From the NCBI GenBank assembly GCA_002811645.1, contig PDIP01000028.1:62001-126000 (forward strand): DNA of 64,000 nt, written 5' to 3'. Shown here piece after piece: positions 22,901 through 32,527 of the stretch. A model generated the notes under the pieces. It had not been told where the DNA came from. It worked only from the letters and a program-made list of their open reading frames with translations, and searched no databases. This DNA is from Corallochytrium limacisporum Hawaii. Taxonomy: Eukaryota > Protista > Pluriformea. Each line of letters starts with the position of its first letter. Positions within the stretch are counted from its first letter, which is position 1. A program made the position numbers and the translations under genes.

Positions 22901-23635
22901 TCCACGGTGATTGGCATGCTCGTCCTGCACCTGTTCCTGGCCGCCATTCTAGGCATTCGCTTCGTGGGAGAATTTTTCTATCCACAGACGATTGTGATTG
23001 TCATTGTTGTCGCAGTACTGATCCATGCACTGATGTTGACCATTCCCGCCATTGCTGTGTTTATTCGACACCGTGAAGCGTGGTACCGTGATAAGGAGAG
23101 CGGAGTGAGTCCCTTGGCGTACTACCTGTCACGCGAAGTATACTTCCTCGTGGTGTATGGATTGATCTTCACACTCCTTTGGGCACCAACATTTTACTAC
23201 TCCAATCAACCTAAGATGGATTTTGTGGACTTCCTGGTCATCTTGCTACTGTCCGGTTTCGCCCTGTCGGGTACAATCTTCGCGTTCATTCCGGTGGTCT
23301 CGACAGATTCAGCGGTGTTCACTTTCACTCTACTAACCCTGGTGCTGGCTGGCTTCGCGAACGGGATCAATCCTTCAGCGGCTGATCTGGGACGCACGTG
23401 GAAACCGTTTGAGTACATTCTGCGTGCCTCATTTGGCTACTGGGCTGCGAATGGCATGCTGGTTGCAAATTTTGATGGTGATAATGGAATTCTTCAGGAG
23501 CAAGTGGATCGTCTCTTCGATCGCTTGGGTACTCCAGACGATTCTTTGACAGTGTTCTTGATGGGCAATCTTGTCATTGGCATTGTTACTCGCTTAATTG
23601 CGATTCCCAACTTCTACCGCTGTGGTAGGCGGTGA
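19925..23635 (+). CDS. ABCG half transporter with N-terminal Cys-rich domain, EF-hand-like insert and His tract; paralog of the divergent neighbour
   Basis: Cys-rich N-terminus, TM VYGIVAGIVLVLLGAVY, GPSGSGKT, ISGGQRKR, ILFLDEPT, VLHQP, DNPADFVLDV, EAFRKVDSDHQNAITYSQF, His8, C-terminal TM domain. Confidence 0.92.
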   Translation: MAACEDGAVCLTGQFCDLTQPNALGLGICRPCTFGMTCRDDINSDGPSNRTVRQSVSSLLCPQNSFCEAPFEAPRICDVGLFCCSGHDQINLAIDSTNGLCLGGISVVQQFHVCENDGRFCDPGDAENPPLRPCDLNADGTQNFCPRECGSLPDGMPDSTGRLCRTAAQQVDCPAGQWCPMGSQAPESCVFGDLHCTDSGLSSPSVPFAVYGIVAGIVLVLLGAVYAFPALRRVIKGRQEKREEAKRLAERQEQLKITQQGAILGSIMAASADTDADTNGGLGKESKEDSVYDGTAEEFASVRTYAPEDVVRDRKLQAELSVHARYAVAQQALVHLGAIRRESVYVSTGTLPMTAQHYFNHGEDSLGHASPASSTTQSTMLGGGASIGTTGTAGQPPFSQAPETDSVDAVEVRAPATEIKFSNLSMWIDQEETKAETVQRYKQALTTCSPSLALKAPKVKGRQILHNVSGHIRAGEFVGIMGPSGSGKTTLMTAIIGDIANNTQLEGEVTATINGAATASIKNYMGFVPQKDIMNTDLTVRENVFFSAMKNSDRRLTREEIEDTVDWTLEILDLSHVAHSIIGDELKRGISGGQRKRVNVAMEMAAKPSILFLDEPTSGLDAGAAYELTLTLSRSARNFGVTMVAVLHQPRYQAFLAMDRVLLMAKGGHLAYFGETRKALQYFRHEGFHQLVADNPADFVLDVISGKVARHVPVEGSDGVDIIPSNTKVPKQNPSLDRVKKTKLAPQVSLNTAVNMGLVKKVRVSATDVANLWDPKKLKSIEAMTYADDPGNRSALIESLFHKRTNLDRRVTEPQAVLLLTQDMGMGMLPVAQVHEAFRKVDSDHQNAITYSQFLALITELDKSGTLQKALATQRHENVRHFRRTRAVHGHDHHHHHHHHLLGRRRSGAVHSPQQLRARQGPGLHANPLAGHREEYDTETETMTGTNTGIPQHEEDAIIAAGSPDDFARRPSKMRQFVTLLRELISTEYVKRSTVIGMLVLHLFLAAILGIRFVGEFFYPQTIVIVIVVAVLIHALMLTIPAIAVFIRHREAWYRDKESGVSPLAYYLSREVYFLVVYGLIFTLLWAPTFYYSNQPKMDFVDFLVILLLSGFALSGTIFAFIPVVSTDSAVFTFTLLTLVLAGFANGINPSAADLGRTWKPFEYILRASFGYWAANGMLVANFDGDNGILQEQVDRLFDRLGTPDDSLTVFLMGNLVIGIVTRLIAIPNFYRCGRR

Positions 23636-24220
23636 AGTAGACGTCACTAGTGGTGATGTGACTGATGAGCTCATAGTTTATAAAGAAATTCTTCATCTCA
23701 GCCCCTTCCTGCAGGTATGTGGGTGGTGTTATCGTAAGTGGCAGTGGAGCAACCAGCTGCCTGTTCACCATTCCGTTGGATCAAAGCGCGTTGCTGTCTA
23801 TCATTGGTATCAAGGCTTTACTGCCAAGACTATAGAAACTATACTGAACAACTACACAAATCCATCACTCGATGTACGAATAAGGATCAGACACTGGAAT
23901 GTATTCCCAGGGATCATCAGTCAGCTCACACCACCTCCCTTGGGGTCCCTGGGAGGCCCCTTGCCCCCCCCCCCCCGGGGGGGCGGGGGGGGGGACGTCA
24001 ACGTGAGCAATTTTCTGGGCCTTCACACATTCAGGGTCTCACTAAATTGTCAACTGGTTCCTATTTCACTTTTCACTGCTTGCTCATTTTGTAAGAAGTA
24101 AAGGTACTTGATTCTATGGACCGGCAAGCTTACTCCTCCACCTACATTCGTGTCAGTTCTGTATCGGGATCACAGTAGTGTACACACACATACACACACA
24201 CATACACACACACTGCAACC

Positions 24221-24838
24221 ATGACCGGCAGCTCTCTTGCATCCAATGGGCAACCAACGCCCTCACAGCTTCTGGATTTCCTGGAAACTATTGGGAAACT
24301 AAAGAAACTAGAGCGCACAGGGTGGGTACGTATGAAAATTAAGCGACCAGAGTCAGTTGCAGATCACATGTACCGCATGTCAGTAATGAGTGCAGTGATC
24401 CAAGATGACTCTATCGATCTTAAGCATTGTGCGCTAATGAGTTTGGCACATGATATGGGTGAGAGCATTGTTGGTGACATCACGCCCCATGACGGCGTCT
24501 CTGATGAGGACAAATTTAGCCGTGAGGAACGGGCGATGCGTCACATTCGCGATCAGGAACTCGGCGGATCAAGTTTTGGTCATCTCTTCTATGACTTGTG
24601 GCGAGAGTACGAGGCTCAAGAAACAAAAGAGGCGCAGTTGGTCCGTCAGTTCGACAAATTCGAAATGATTGTGCAGGCATACGAATATGAGCGTGATCAG
24701 CAGTTACCTTCGGGGTATCTACAGCAGTTTTTCGACTCCACTGTTAGAAAGGAAGGAACTTTCACCCATCCGCAAATCAAGGCCCTAGTGAACGAACTGC
24801 TGAAGCGGCGGGAGTCCTTGGCCACCAGCGGAAACTAG
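24221..24838 (+). CDS. HDDC2: HD-domain 5'-deoxynucleotidase (HDDC2/YGK1-like)
   Basis: LKKLERTGW, ESVADHMYRM, LAHDMGESIVGDITP, DKFEMIVQAYEYE. Confidence 0.92.
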   Translation: MTGSSLASNGQPTPSQLLDFLETIGKLKKLERTGWVRMKIKRPESVADHMYRMSVMSAVIQDDSIDLKHCALMSLAHDMGESIVGDITPHDGVSDEDKFSREERAMRHIRDQELGGSSFGHLFYDLWREYEAQETKEAQLVRQFDKFEMIVQAYEYERDQQLPSGYLQQFFDSTVRKEGTFTHPQIKALVNELLKRRESLATSGN

Positions 24839-24987
24839 AGACTCATCGATTCAGCCATCAAAGTTTTACACTACAAGAAGATAAAAAAACTGTCATTAAT
24901 CTATTGTTCCATGCATGTCTGCAACCAGCAACGGTAGAATACGACAGGTGGCGGTACAGCACCAGTTGCCAGTTTAGCATTGGTGTC

Positions 24988-27600
24988 TTAGCCCCCTTTG
25001 CCCATCTTGGCAGCAGCTTTTGCTTTGCGGTTGTGGTTGGCAATGCGTCCTTTATGTTTTTCGGTATAATTTCGGGCACGCAAAGATTCCTGGTTCCGCT
25101 GGGTACGGTCGACCCCCTTGTACCAGGGCCCTTCCTTCTGTTCCTGCTTTCCATCATCAGGACCCTCGGTGTGTGACTGATTGATACGGATTTTACCTGC
25201 GATTGAATTTCCGCTGCTTCCGGGAGCCGTAGACACCCGGTATTCAGCCGCGCTGCGTTTTGTCGCTGCCTGATCCGTTGCCTGCCTCTCATCAGCAGTC
25301 AGGGCGGCATCTTCTCCCGCGTAGTAATCGTGAGAATCGTACGTATCGTCGTACTCATCGTCGTATATGTCAAATTCGTACCGTTGCGCAATCATTTGCT
25401 TCCTCAACACGCGGTCATGGTCATCCAATTCCTCATCGAGGACATCGAGACCATCTTCAGCACTCTTTCCAACGCCACTACGTCCAAGCACAGACTCTTC
25501 TGCGCTGCGTTTAACGTTGCGGCGGCCTTGGTTTCCCTTCTTGCTCATTCGTTTCTTTGCAGCTGTAGCAAGTCTCGCATCGGGATCGATGGATATGGGC
25601 ACAGCATGGGACGAGTCCTGCGGACCCGTGATATCTGCAGCTATGGAACCTCCTGTCGCTGACTGGGCACCAGACGGATCGGAACGAATAGCACGCATGT
25701 AGCTCTGCACAGCCCTGTCGGTACAGTCGGCATCCTTCGCAACTGCATCTCCAGGCCCAGGTATTCCAGTGCCTTCCAGCATGGCATCTATGGCTGCCTC
25801 TTGATTGTTATTGTATCCGACCAACATGCACCAAATATAGCCCATACCCAGTGAATCACCCATAATGGCCTGTGCTTGAGTGATATTCATCAAGTCCGAT
25901 TCCGTAGGCTCTTCCATAGCTGTCTTGCCCTTGTCTTCAGACGACTGCATCGTGCTTACTAAAGCATCCTTCTTCTTTGTTTCGGTATTCGACGATGTCG
26001 AGGTATTTTGTTCGGGATAAACAGATGCCAGTGTAGTGAGAGTATCACTCAAGAACTCCTCCACTGGGCCCATAGCGGCCGCAGACCCGTTTGCATCCTC
26101 TCTCGCCAGCTGTCGCTGTTGTAGAGCTCGTCTGAGCGCTGCAACGAATTTTGCATGACGGCGATCTTCTCCGAGATATTCTCCGAGCATTTCCTGCATA
26201 TCGTGACCATGTTCACCATCTCGGAACGCGTCTGCATCACACTGCAGCATCAGCAAACAGCATGACGCAGCAATGACTGCAATGGCCCACTCGGAGATTT
26301 CTTCCACTACTTGTTTCTGGGGGTGGCGTACGTGTTCATCAGTTGCCCACTTGCTGACCTCATCAACAGTTCGAGCCGATCTGACATGACAGTCCATAAG
26401 ACTTGGCAAAAGCTGGCTTCTGATTAACAGTGATGGTGCAATGTCAGCAGAAATGCACAAATCGAGGAAGGCGTACAGGGTATGTACCAGGTCGACCATG
26501 CTGAAGACAGCAACATTGAAATGTTCAATGTCCTGGATCTTTGGCTGCCCGCGGGAAAAATGCTGACCCGCAGTGCCCATCACTTCTAAGCTATCCTGCC
26601 ATGCCGCAATGAATACTTCTCCAAACTCAAGACTCGGTGATGAATTACAGGTGTTGGTCATCATTGTGTCGAGTTCTCGCAACACTGTCGTCGCAATCCG
26701 TCGGTCGTCTCCCCTTGTTGCGTGGTAGATTGCACAAAAGTCCAGTACGACTGCAGGGTTCAGTAAATACAGACCTGTTGCCTTAGCGTCCGGAATGACT
26801 GCTGATCCGCCACCTGAAAGAACACTCATTCTCCATGGTGCCGATGGCATATCATCTCCCTGGTCATGTTCACTTGTTTCATCAATGAACAGCCGCCGGA
26901 AGAGCTGTAGTGTGAGTACCCAAAGACGCATCTCCTCCTTCTGTTCCGCTTGACTCAAAGTTTCTATCGATCCATTGCCTAAATTGCCTAAGCTGAAAGC
27001 CACCGAACAGGGCAAAGCTGCCTCGCAGTCTCGAGGAGTACTTGCAAGGAATTGTCGCACACTGTGATCAATGTGCTGCCCCTGGAAAACGATAATACTC
27101 CAAAATATGTGTGTTGGCACAGCCAACACTGATTCAAGAAAAGCCGAGATGCCCGCAATGTGGGTCAAGCGATCGGTGTCACCGTGTGTACCACCCGACA
27201 ACGCCCGGGCAGTGACCATGGAATCCCATTCAACCACACCAACGTAAATTGGCATCACCATGTGAAGTGTCCATGATCGGTCAATTGCTGGACACTCCAC
27301 ACGGTTTTCTACTCCAGGTATGTCATTCTCATCTGTTTCGTCGTCGTCATGTATGCCTCTGAGGATGCGGAAATACGTCCGTTGTTCTAGCGGGATCCCT
27401 TGGGCCCTCTGATCATCTAGCTTGCTGCGGATCAAACGGCGAACCTTATCAGACTCTGCCTGACGTGCCGCCTTCAGCCTCTCCTTTCTCTGGGCCCTTT
27501 GTTTCACTACTTCAGTGTCTTCTGGTCCATCTCCGCTGAAAGTACGCTCTGCTTTCATTCTACATTCATGTGCCTTGGCTGCCTCGGCCATTCTGCGCAT
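24988..27600 (-). CDS. ASCC2: ASCC2/CUE3-like CUE-domain subunit of the ribosome quality-control trigger / ASC-1 complex; 5' end uncertain
   Basis: CUE-like segment (ITQAQAIMGDSLGMGYI...YNNNQEAAIDAMLEG), YDDEYDDTYD motif, C-terminal KHKGRIANHNRKAKAAAKM, and LLNPAVVLDFCAIY. Confidence 0.8.
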   Translation of the reverse strand: MRRMAEAAKAHECRMKAERTFSGDGPEDTEVVKQRAQRKERLKAARQAESDKVRRLIRSKLDDQRAQGIPLEQRTYFRILRGIHDDDETDENDIPGVENRVECPAIDRSWTLHMVMPIYVGVVEWDSMVTARALSGGTHGDTDRLTHIAGISAFLESVLAVPTHIFWSIIVFQGQHIDHSVRQFLASTPRDCEAALPCSVAFSLGNLGNGSIETLSQAEQKEEMRLWVLTLQLFRRLFIDETSEHDQGDDMPSAPWRMSVLSGGGSAVIPDAKATGLYLLNPAVVLDFCAIYHATRGDDRRIATTVLRELDTMMTNTCNSSPSLEFGEVFIAAWQDSLEVMGTAGQHFSRGQPKIQDIEHFNVAVFSMVDLVHTLYAFLDLCISADIAPSLLIRSQLLPSLMDCHVRSARTVDEVSKWATDEHVRHPQKQVVEEISEWAIAVIAASCCLLMLQCDADAFRDGEHGHDMQEMLGEYLGEDRRHAKFVAALRRALQQRQLAREDANGSAAAMGPVEEFLSDTLTTLASVYPEQNTSTSSNTETKKKDALVSTMQSSEDKGKTAMEEPTESDLMNITQAQAIMGDSLGMGYIWCMLVGYNNNQEAAIDAMLEGTGIPGPGDAVAKDADCTDRAVQSYMRAIRSDPSGAQSATGGSIAADITGPQDSSHAVPISIDPDARLATAAKKRMSKKGNQGRRNVKRSAEESVLGRSGVGKSAEDGLDVLDEELDDHDRVLRKQMIAQRYEFDIYDDEYDDTYDSHDYYAGEDAALTADERQATDQAATKRSAAEYRVSTAPGSSGNSIAGKIRINQSHTEGPDDGKQEQKEGPWYKGVDRTQRNQESLRARNYTEKHKGRIANHNRKAKAAAKMGKGG

Positions 27601-28352
27601 CTACAGCTTTAATCCATTCTTTGCTCCGTCCCTGTGGGGCATGATGCGGCGCGTGATTCTTGTGCTTATTCGACTGACCACCAGCACTGCGGCCTGTGCG
27701 TCCTCCTTTATCCTTTGGAGGCATTGTCAGCTGTGTATGGTATGAGCCGTCCTTGCACACGACACTGCATTCTCCTCTATCACAATTCAGCCGTCTAGGC
27801 TTTCCACGAGTGCGTATACTGTGCAATCCTTTCGATAGTAGTACAAGCGATTGGGAATTGATAAGGTATCGTAATGTGCCAGGTTGTTTTATAGCTGCCA
27901 TTTTCCTAATCCTGCACTGACAATTTTGTTTGTTGACTGGGTCGTACACGTTTCTTTCTGCGTACATCTCTTGGCAGAAATTTTCGCATTTGTCCAGGCC
28001 ACGGTTTGCCCCTCGCTCACAGACTCCCTTCTCGGGTGTTTCACTCAAGCCTCTACTTGGGGGTCTGTGTGCCGCCGTTGCGCCCTGCGCTTGCACTTTA
28101 GCGGATCCAGGAAAGTGCGTTCGGACACGGAGCAGGCCTCGGTCACTTTAAACCTGGATGTGGGAGGTACTTATTATGCATATAGAGTCACAATGTGACG
28201 CAATGGTGCATATTACACGGTACTGTGTTCACTTGCCTATGCGACTGACGTCAAATTATGAACTGAAACAATCGACGAGCACCCAATGTGGATTCAGGAT
28301 ATACGCTTAATGGGATGTAATGACAACACGAGTCTTGTCGTGACCTCTAGTG

Positions 28353-31274
28353 ATGGTGACCACAAGGTCACGTAGAGACCTCGAAGGCACTGCATCTGTG
28401 TCGCAGGGTCGGACGAACCGAGACACCACACAGAAAAAGAGAGACCGAACAGAAGTGAAAGAAGACAATGGATCTCCACACTACACCAAGGATCATCCCA
28501 CATATGCTTCTGAACCCACATTTGATGATCTTGACAAGACACGGGCTTGGCGTCAGAGACGTCGACGACAAATTGCTGACCCCATTATCGATGAGGCGCA
28601 GGCGACTCTACGGACCATTGAAACTGGCGATTACCAGGAGGACCGAAGAAACGCGAAGAAACTGCGGGAACTTCGCCACAAAATCAAAATGATTCCATTC
28701 TTGGCTACAGGGAGAATGGGGAGACCAAACATAGGCTACGAGCGTCCTAAAGAAGAAGTTGAACTCATGGAAGCGTTGCATAAGAAAGCATCTGAGCTGC
28801 ATGCACGGGCCCAGACCGCCAAAGCCGACAGTGAAGGCACCAAGATACAGAAACGAGCCGATGAGCCGCCAGACTTTTTGAATCGTCTTGAGACTTCCGA
28901 TCGCATGCATTGTGCTCGCGGTACAGGTGAATTGGCAAGTCAGATCCTTCAGTTGTACACGGCGTTCATCAAAAAGAAACAGCCAACGGTGAATGCGGTC
29001 ATGGCAGCCGAGTGGCAGCAAGTTATGTCGTGGGCACAGACCGACGGGTTAGAGAGTTTTCAGGTCCACACATTGGAGCAATCCAAGAGCAACGTTCTTG
29101 CTCACGACCATCGTCCCCGTACTTCACAGTGGCAAGACTTGACCGGGATACCCGTCAATTCAGTGAAAAGCAACGTGGCTGACAAGAGCGCCTCTAGCGT
29201 GGAAGAATGCTCACTATACAGCTTAGCAATGCCTAGGAATATGCGGCCGCTGGCTGCAGCATCGCAAAGAGGCAATATAGTTGCAGTGTCTGCATCTGGG
29301 CGGATGGTTGCCACCATTGGTGTCAGTAATTCAATGGTCAAACCGGTGCCTTTGCATTCGATGTACACCAGGATCGTCGTGTACGAGTTAACCACTCCCT
29401 TGGTACGCTGTCTGCATGGTTCTGAAGGTCATCCAAAGTTTGCATCTGAGGAGAATGCTGCGGCTCTGAGAGTGATTCAGATAGCGATCAACCCCAATGT
29501 TCAGGCTCATATGACCGTTAGCGACGATCGTGCAGACGCAGTAGATCTGCTAGGACTGCGGCACAGAAATGATGAAGAGTTTGCAGGCAATATTTCATTT
29601 GAACGGACAGAAAGTGTACTTGCAGAAGCACAGTCCTTCCCGGGACTGCTGTCGAATGACATGTACGCGCGAATGAACCATTCCCTTGTTTGGCTCTCCG
29701 ACAGCCTCCTCGCTAGTCTGGATGGTCAAGGATGCGTGTCAGTTCACTATTTTAATCATGGTCAAGTTCTCACACAAACGTACCCACTGCAAGCGACAGC
29801 AATCGGTGCCGATGGTGACAAGCTCATTTTTGGCGACAAGAACGGGAATGTACGTATGCTCACGAATGTAGTGGACTATGAGAATCAGAACCTGAAAGCG
29901 TCCGTGGACGTCCAGGAAATCCTTAATGCCAGATCAGTGTTTTGCCTCGCTGGAGCGAGAAGCTCGTTGATAAACACTGTCGAGGAGTACGTCGAATGGC
30001 AGGGTCGCGACTGGAGCATTAGCGCATTGTGCAAACAGGGGAGCACGATATCTGTAGGAACCAGCAATGGTGTATTCTTAGTGGCGGATGTGGACGCATC
30101 GACCGGAGATGTGCCATCAGTTCAGTGTGTATTGCCCGTCGCCGACGGTCAGAGTGTAAGCTCGGTGGCTACGATTGGAGAGTGTTGCGCGGTTTATGCA
30201 CAAGGGCCTAATGTACTTGTAGTAGAAAAAGACGCAAGAAATGAGAAATGGTCAAGTCGTCACCTGTTCAAGACTGCCTTTGGCAGGGTGCGCACCGTTG
30301 TCAGATCTGGTTGTTGCCGTGTTGGCATACACGGGACCGGAATGTCCACTCTGCACATCGTAGATGTTGGAAAGGAATCTTGCTCAACCTGTATGTCGTC
30401 CGGGGCTGAAGGGTCGTCCTCCCTGTGGCAACTCAGCCAACCAGCTGACTGTATTGAAGCCATAGCAAATGCAGGAGGAGCATTCAACCTCGTTGTATTA
30501 CGCTCTTCAGTCACCACTCTTCCTTACGGAACCGGGCTCCATCACCAGTCTCGTCAGGGGCATTTCTTTGCCATCGCATCTGATAAACGGTGCGACGAGG
30601 ATATGTTTGCGTTTGCATGCATTGTCCGCAGCAGTGTTCAATTCCGCCATCAAATCTTAGGACCAGCCAAAGTATTCTGGCCTGCTGAGCTCTCTCGCAA
30701 AGTCTTGAACAAACTCTTGCTGTGCTCAATGTGCTGTACTGCTGCGGAAGAACGAGAAGCTGTCAGTATTGGTGTGCAAGCGCTCCGGCATCTGGTGGCG
30801 GCTCGAGCCGGTGAGCTGTTGGGAGACTGCCCAGCCGGCGCCCCTCATCGTCATATCCTAGAGCAAATAGCTGCTCTTTCAAAGACAGCCGACGATATGG
30901 TCGAAGCCAAAGGCATGACCATGCCACACTGCTGGGTCTGCCGACAGAGACTGCAATATTTTACTGTGAAATACGGTGCCCGAAGCTGCGGCCGGGCAAT
31001 GAAGTACGGAGATGGTGAAGAGGGCCACACCAGGACCGTACAAATGAGCGGACCGGTGTGGCTGTGCGGCAAGGGTCACCGAACATACGCGTGCGCATCT
31101 ACTCTTCTGCCGATCCCTGTCACCGCTGCCATCCAAAAGTGCAAACTATGCGGCCTCACTCGAATGGAACGCAAACCTCGTGAAATTCAAAAGCTCTGCG
31201 CAGCTCATGGGGATGAGAACACCACTCACACCCCAATGACCCGATCCTGCCATTTTTGTGGGATGGTCAGCTAA
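28353..31274 (+). CDS. GTF3C4: Probable TFIIIC 90 kDa subunit (GTF3C4-like): beta-propeller region plus C-terminal zinc-binding domain
   Basis: WD40-like beta-rich middle; C-terminal CWVC...CGKGH..ACASTLLPI...CKLCG...CHFCG fits the zf-TFIIIC pattern. First ATG at 28353. Confidence 0.62.
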   Translation: MVTTRSRRDLEGTASVSQGRTNRDTTQKKRDRTEVKEDNGSPHYTKDHPTYASEPTFDDLDKTRAWRQRRRRQIADPIIDEAQATLRTIETGDYQEDRRNAKKLRELRHKIKMIPFLATGRMGRPNIGYERPKEEVELMEALHKKASELHARAQTAKADSEGTKIQKRADEPPDFLNRLETSDRMHCARGTGELASQILQLYTAFIKKKQPTVNAVMAAEWQQVMSWAQTDGLESFQVHTLEQSKSNVLAHDHRPRTSQWQDLTGIPVNSVKSNVADKSASSVEECSLYSLAMPRNMRPLAAASQRGNIVAVSASGRMVATIGVSNSMVKPVPLHSMYTRIVVYELTTPLVRCLHGSEGHPKFASEENAAALRVIQIAINPNVQAHMTVSDDRADAVDLLGLRHRNDEEFAGNISFERTESVLAEAQSFPGLLSNDMYARMNHSLVWLSDSLLASLDGQGCVSVHYFNHGQVLTQTYPLQATAIGADGDKLIFGDKNGNVRMLTNVVDYENQNLKASVDVQEILNARSVFCLAGARSSLINTVEEYVEWQGRDWSISALCKQGSTISVGTSNGVFLVADVDASTGDVPSVQCVLPVADGQSVSSVATIGECCAVYAQGPNVLVVEKDARNEKWSSRHLFKTAFGRVRTVVRSGCCRVGIHGTGMSTLHIVDVGKESCSTCMSSGAEGSSSLWQLSQPADCIEAIANAGGAFNLVVLRSSVTTLPYGTGLHHQSRQGHFFAIASDKRCDEDMFAFACIVRSSVQFRHQILGPAKVFWPAELSRKVLNKLLLCSMCCTAAEEREAVSIGVQALRHLVAARAGELLGDCPAGAPHRHILEQIAALSKTADDMVEAKGMTMPHCWVCRQRLQYFTVKYGARSCGRAMKYGDGEEGHTRTVQMSGPVWLCGKGHRTYACASTLLPIPVTAAIQKCKLCGLTRMERKPREIQKLCAAHGDENTTHTPMTRSCHFCGMVS

Positions 31275-32327
31275 AGCTTACCGCACTCTTCGGCGCAGAC
31301 TATCTGCCCTGTGAACAATGTTCTCGATAGATTCAATTGATACCGGCACACCCCCTCTCCCCGTTAATCTTTGTTCTTTGCCACCGAAGAATGTCCACCG
31401 AATATGCCTTCTTTTAGTTCCTATCAACAGCCTGAAAACCTCGTGTTTTTCCCGTTGTTTTCCAGCTCAGCCCCAACAAACTCCCCGCCCTACCGTTCCC
31501 ACCAGCGGCGTCGTCTTCTGCATGTGTGCGGAAATCCGTGACCTCACGGACATACACAGAAGTCGCTTACACACGCACACACACACACACACACAGATGT
31601 CGCACCAACGCAACGGGGTGATGCGTGCGTAAGTCATCCGGAGCAGGTTACTCCGGAAATAGCCTTGGGCACCCACTCCTCCGCCCAAGTTGCGCCCACC
31701 CACCTCCCGATATCCTTTGCAAAATTTGCAACTCCCTCCCCACCGCTCGCTCTCTCCTCTCCACCCCTCTCTCCCCTTGCCATTTTTTGTTTCCCTCGTC
31801 TCGTCCTATCCGAGCTATTTTTGTAATGCTCATCGATGGGACCGGATGAATTTGGGGCGGTGGTATTCCACCATTAGTTGCCGTCATCAGCGGTACTTAA
31901 TGTATTCATCTTTTTGTCCCCGCTTTGGGAAACCCACAAGGCTGTTAACCGTTCCCGCTTCTTCGGCCGCCTCACCACGTCCCGGACCGCCGATGGGCAA
32001 TCGCTGCAGAGGGGGTGGGTGGTGGTGCTGGGTTGAAATGGTTAACCTCACCCCCCCCTCTCCCGCGATCTCTCGTCCTCGCCCCCTTTGCCTCCGTTTA
32101 CTCTCCCTCCTTTCCGTCCACCTCCCTTCCCAAAGTAAAGAAAACTTTAACATTTTTTTTTCTTTCGCTCCCAGTGGCACCCGTCGGGCTGGCGGGCTGC
32201 TGTGGTGATTTTCCTGTTGCTTGTATCCGGGTCGAGGCGCACACCGAAAGGGATCAAAAAAAGGGCGATGACGGGAGGTGTCCGAGGTGACAAGGGACCC
32301 CCCCCCCCCCCCCCCCTGTCCCCCCCT

Positions 32328-32527
32328 NNNNNNNNNNNNNNNNNNNNNNNNNNNNNNNNNNNNNNNNNNNNNNNNNNNNNNNNNNNNNNNNNNNNNNNNN
32401 NNNNNNNNNNNNNNNNNNNNNNNNNNNNNNNNNNNNNNNNNNNNNNNNNNNNNNNNNNNNNNNNNNNNNNNNNNNNNNNNNNNNNNNNNNNNNNNNNNNN
32501 NNNNNNNNNNNNNNNNNNNNNNNNNNN
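32328..32527. other. Scaffold gap (200 N)
   Basis: Run of N flanked by near-duplicate sequence. Confidence 0.98.

Noticed and set aside
23826-23840. aagactata resembling the U3 snoRNA 5' end
   Set aside because: The similarity ends after 9 nt, with no box A/B/C/D arrangement.
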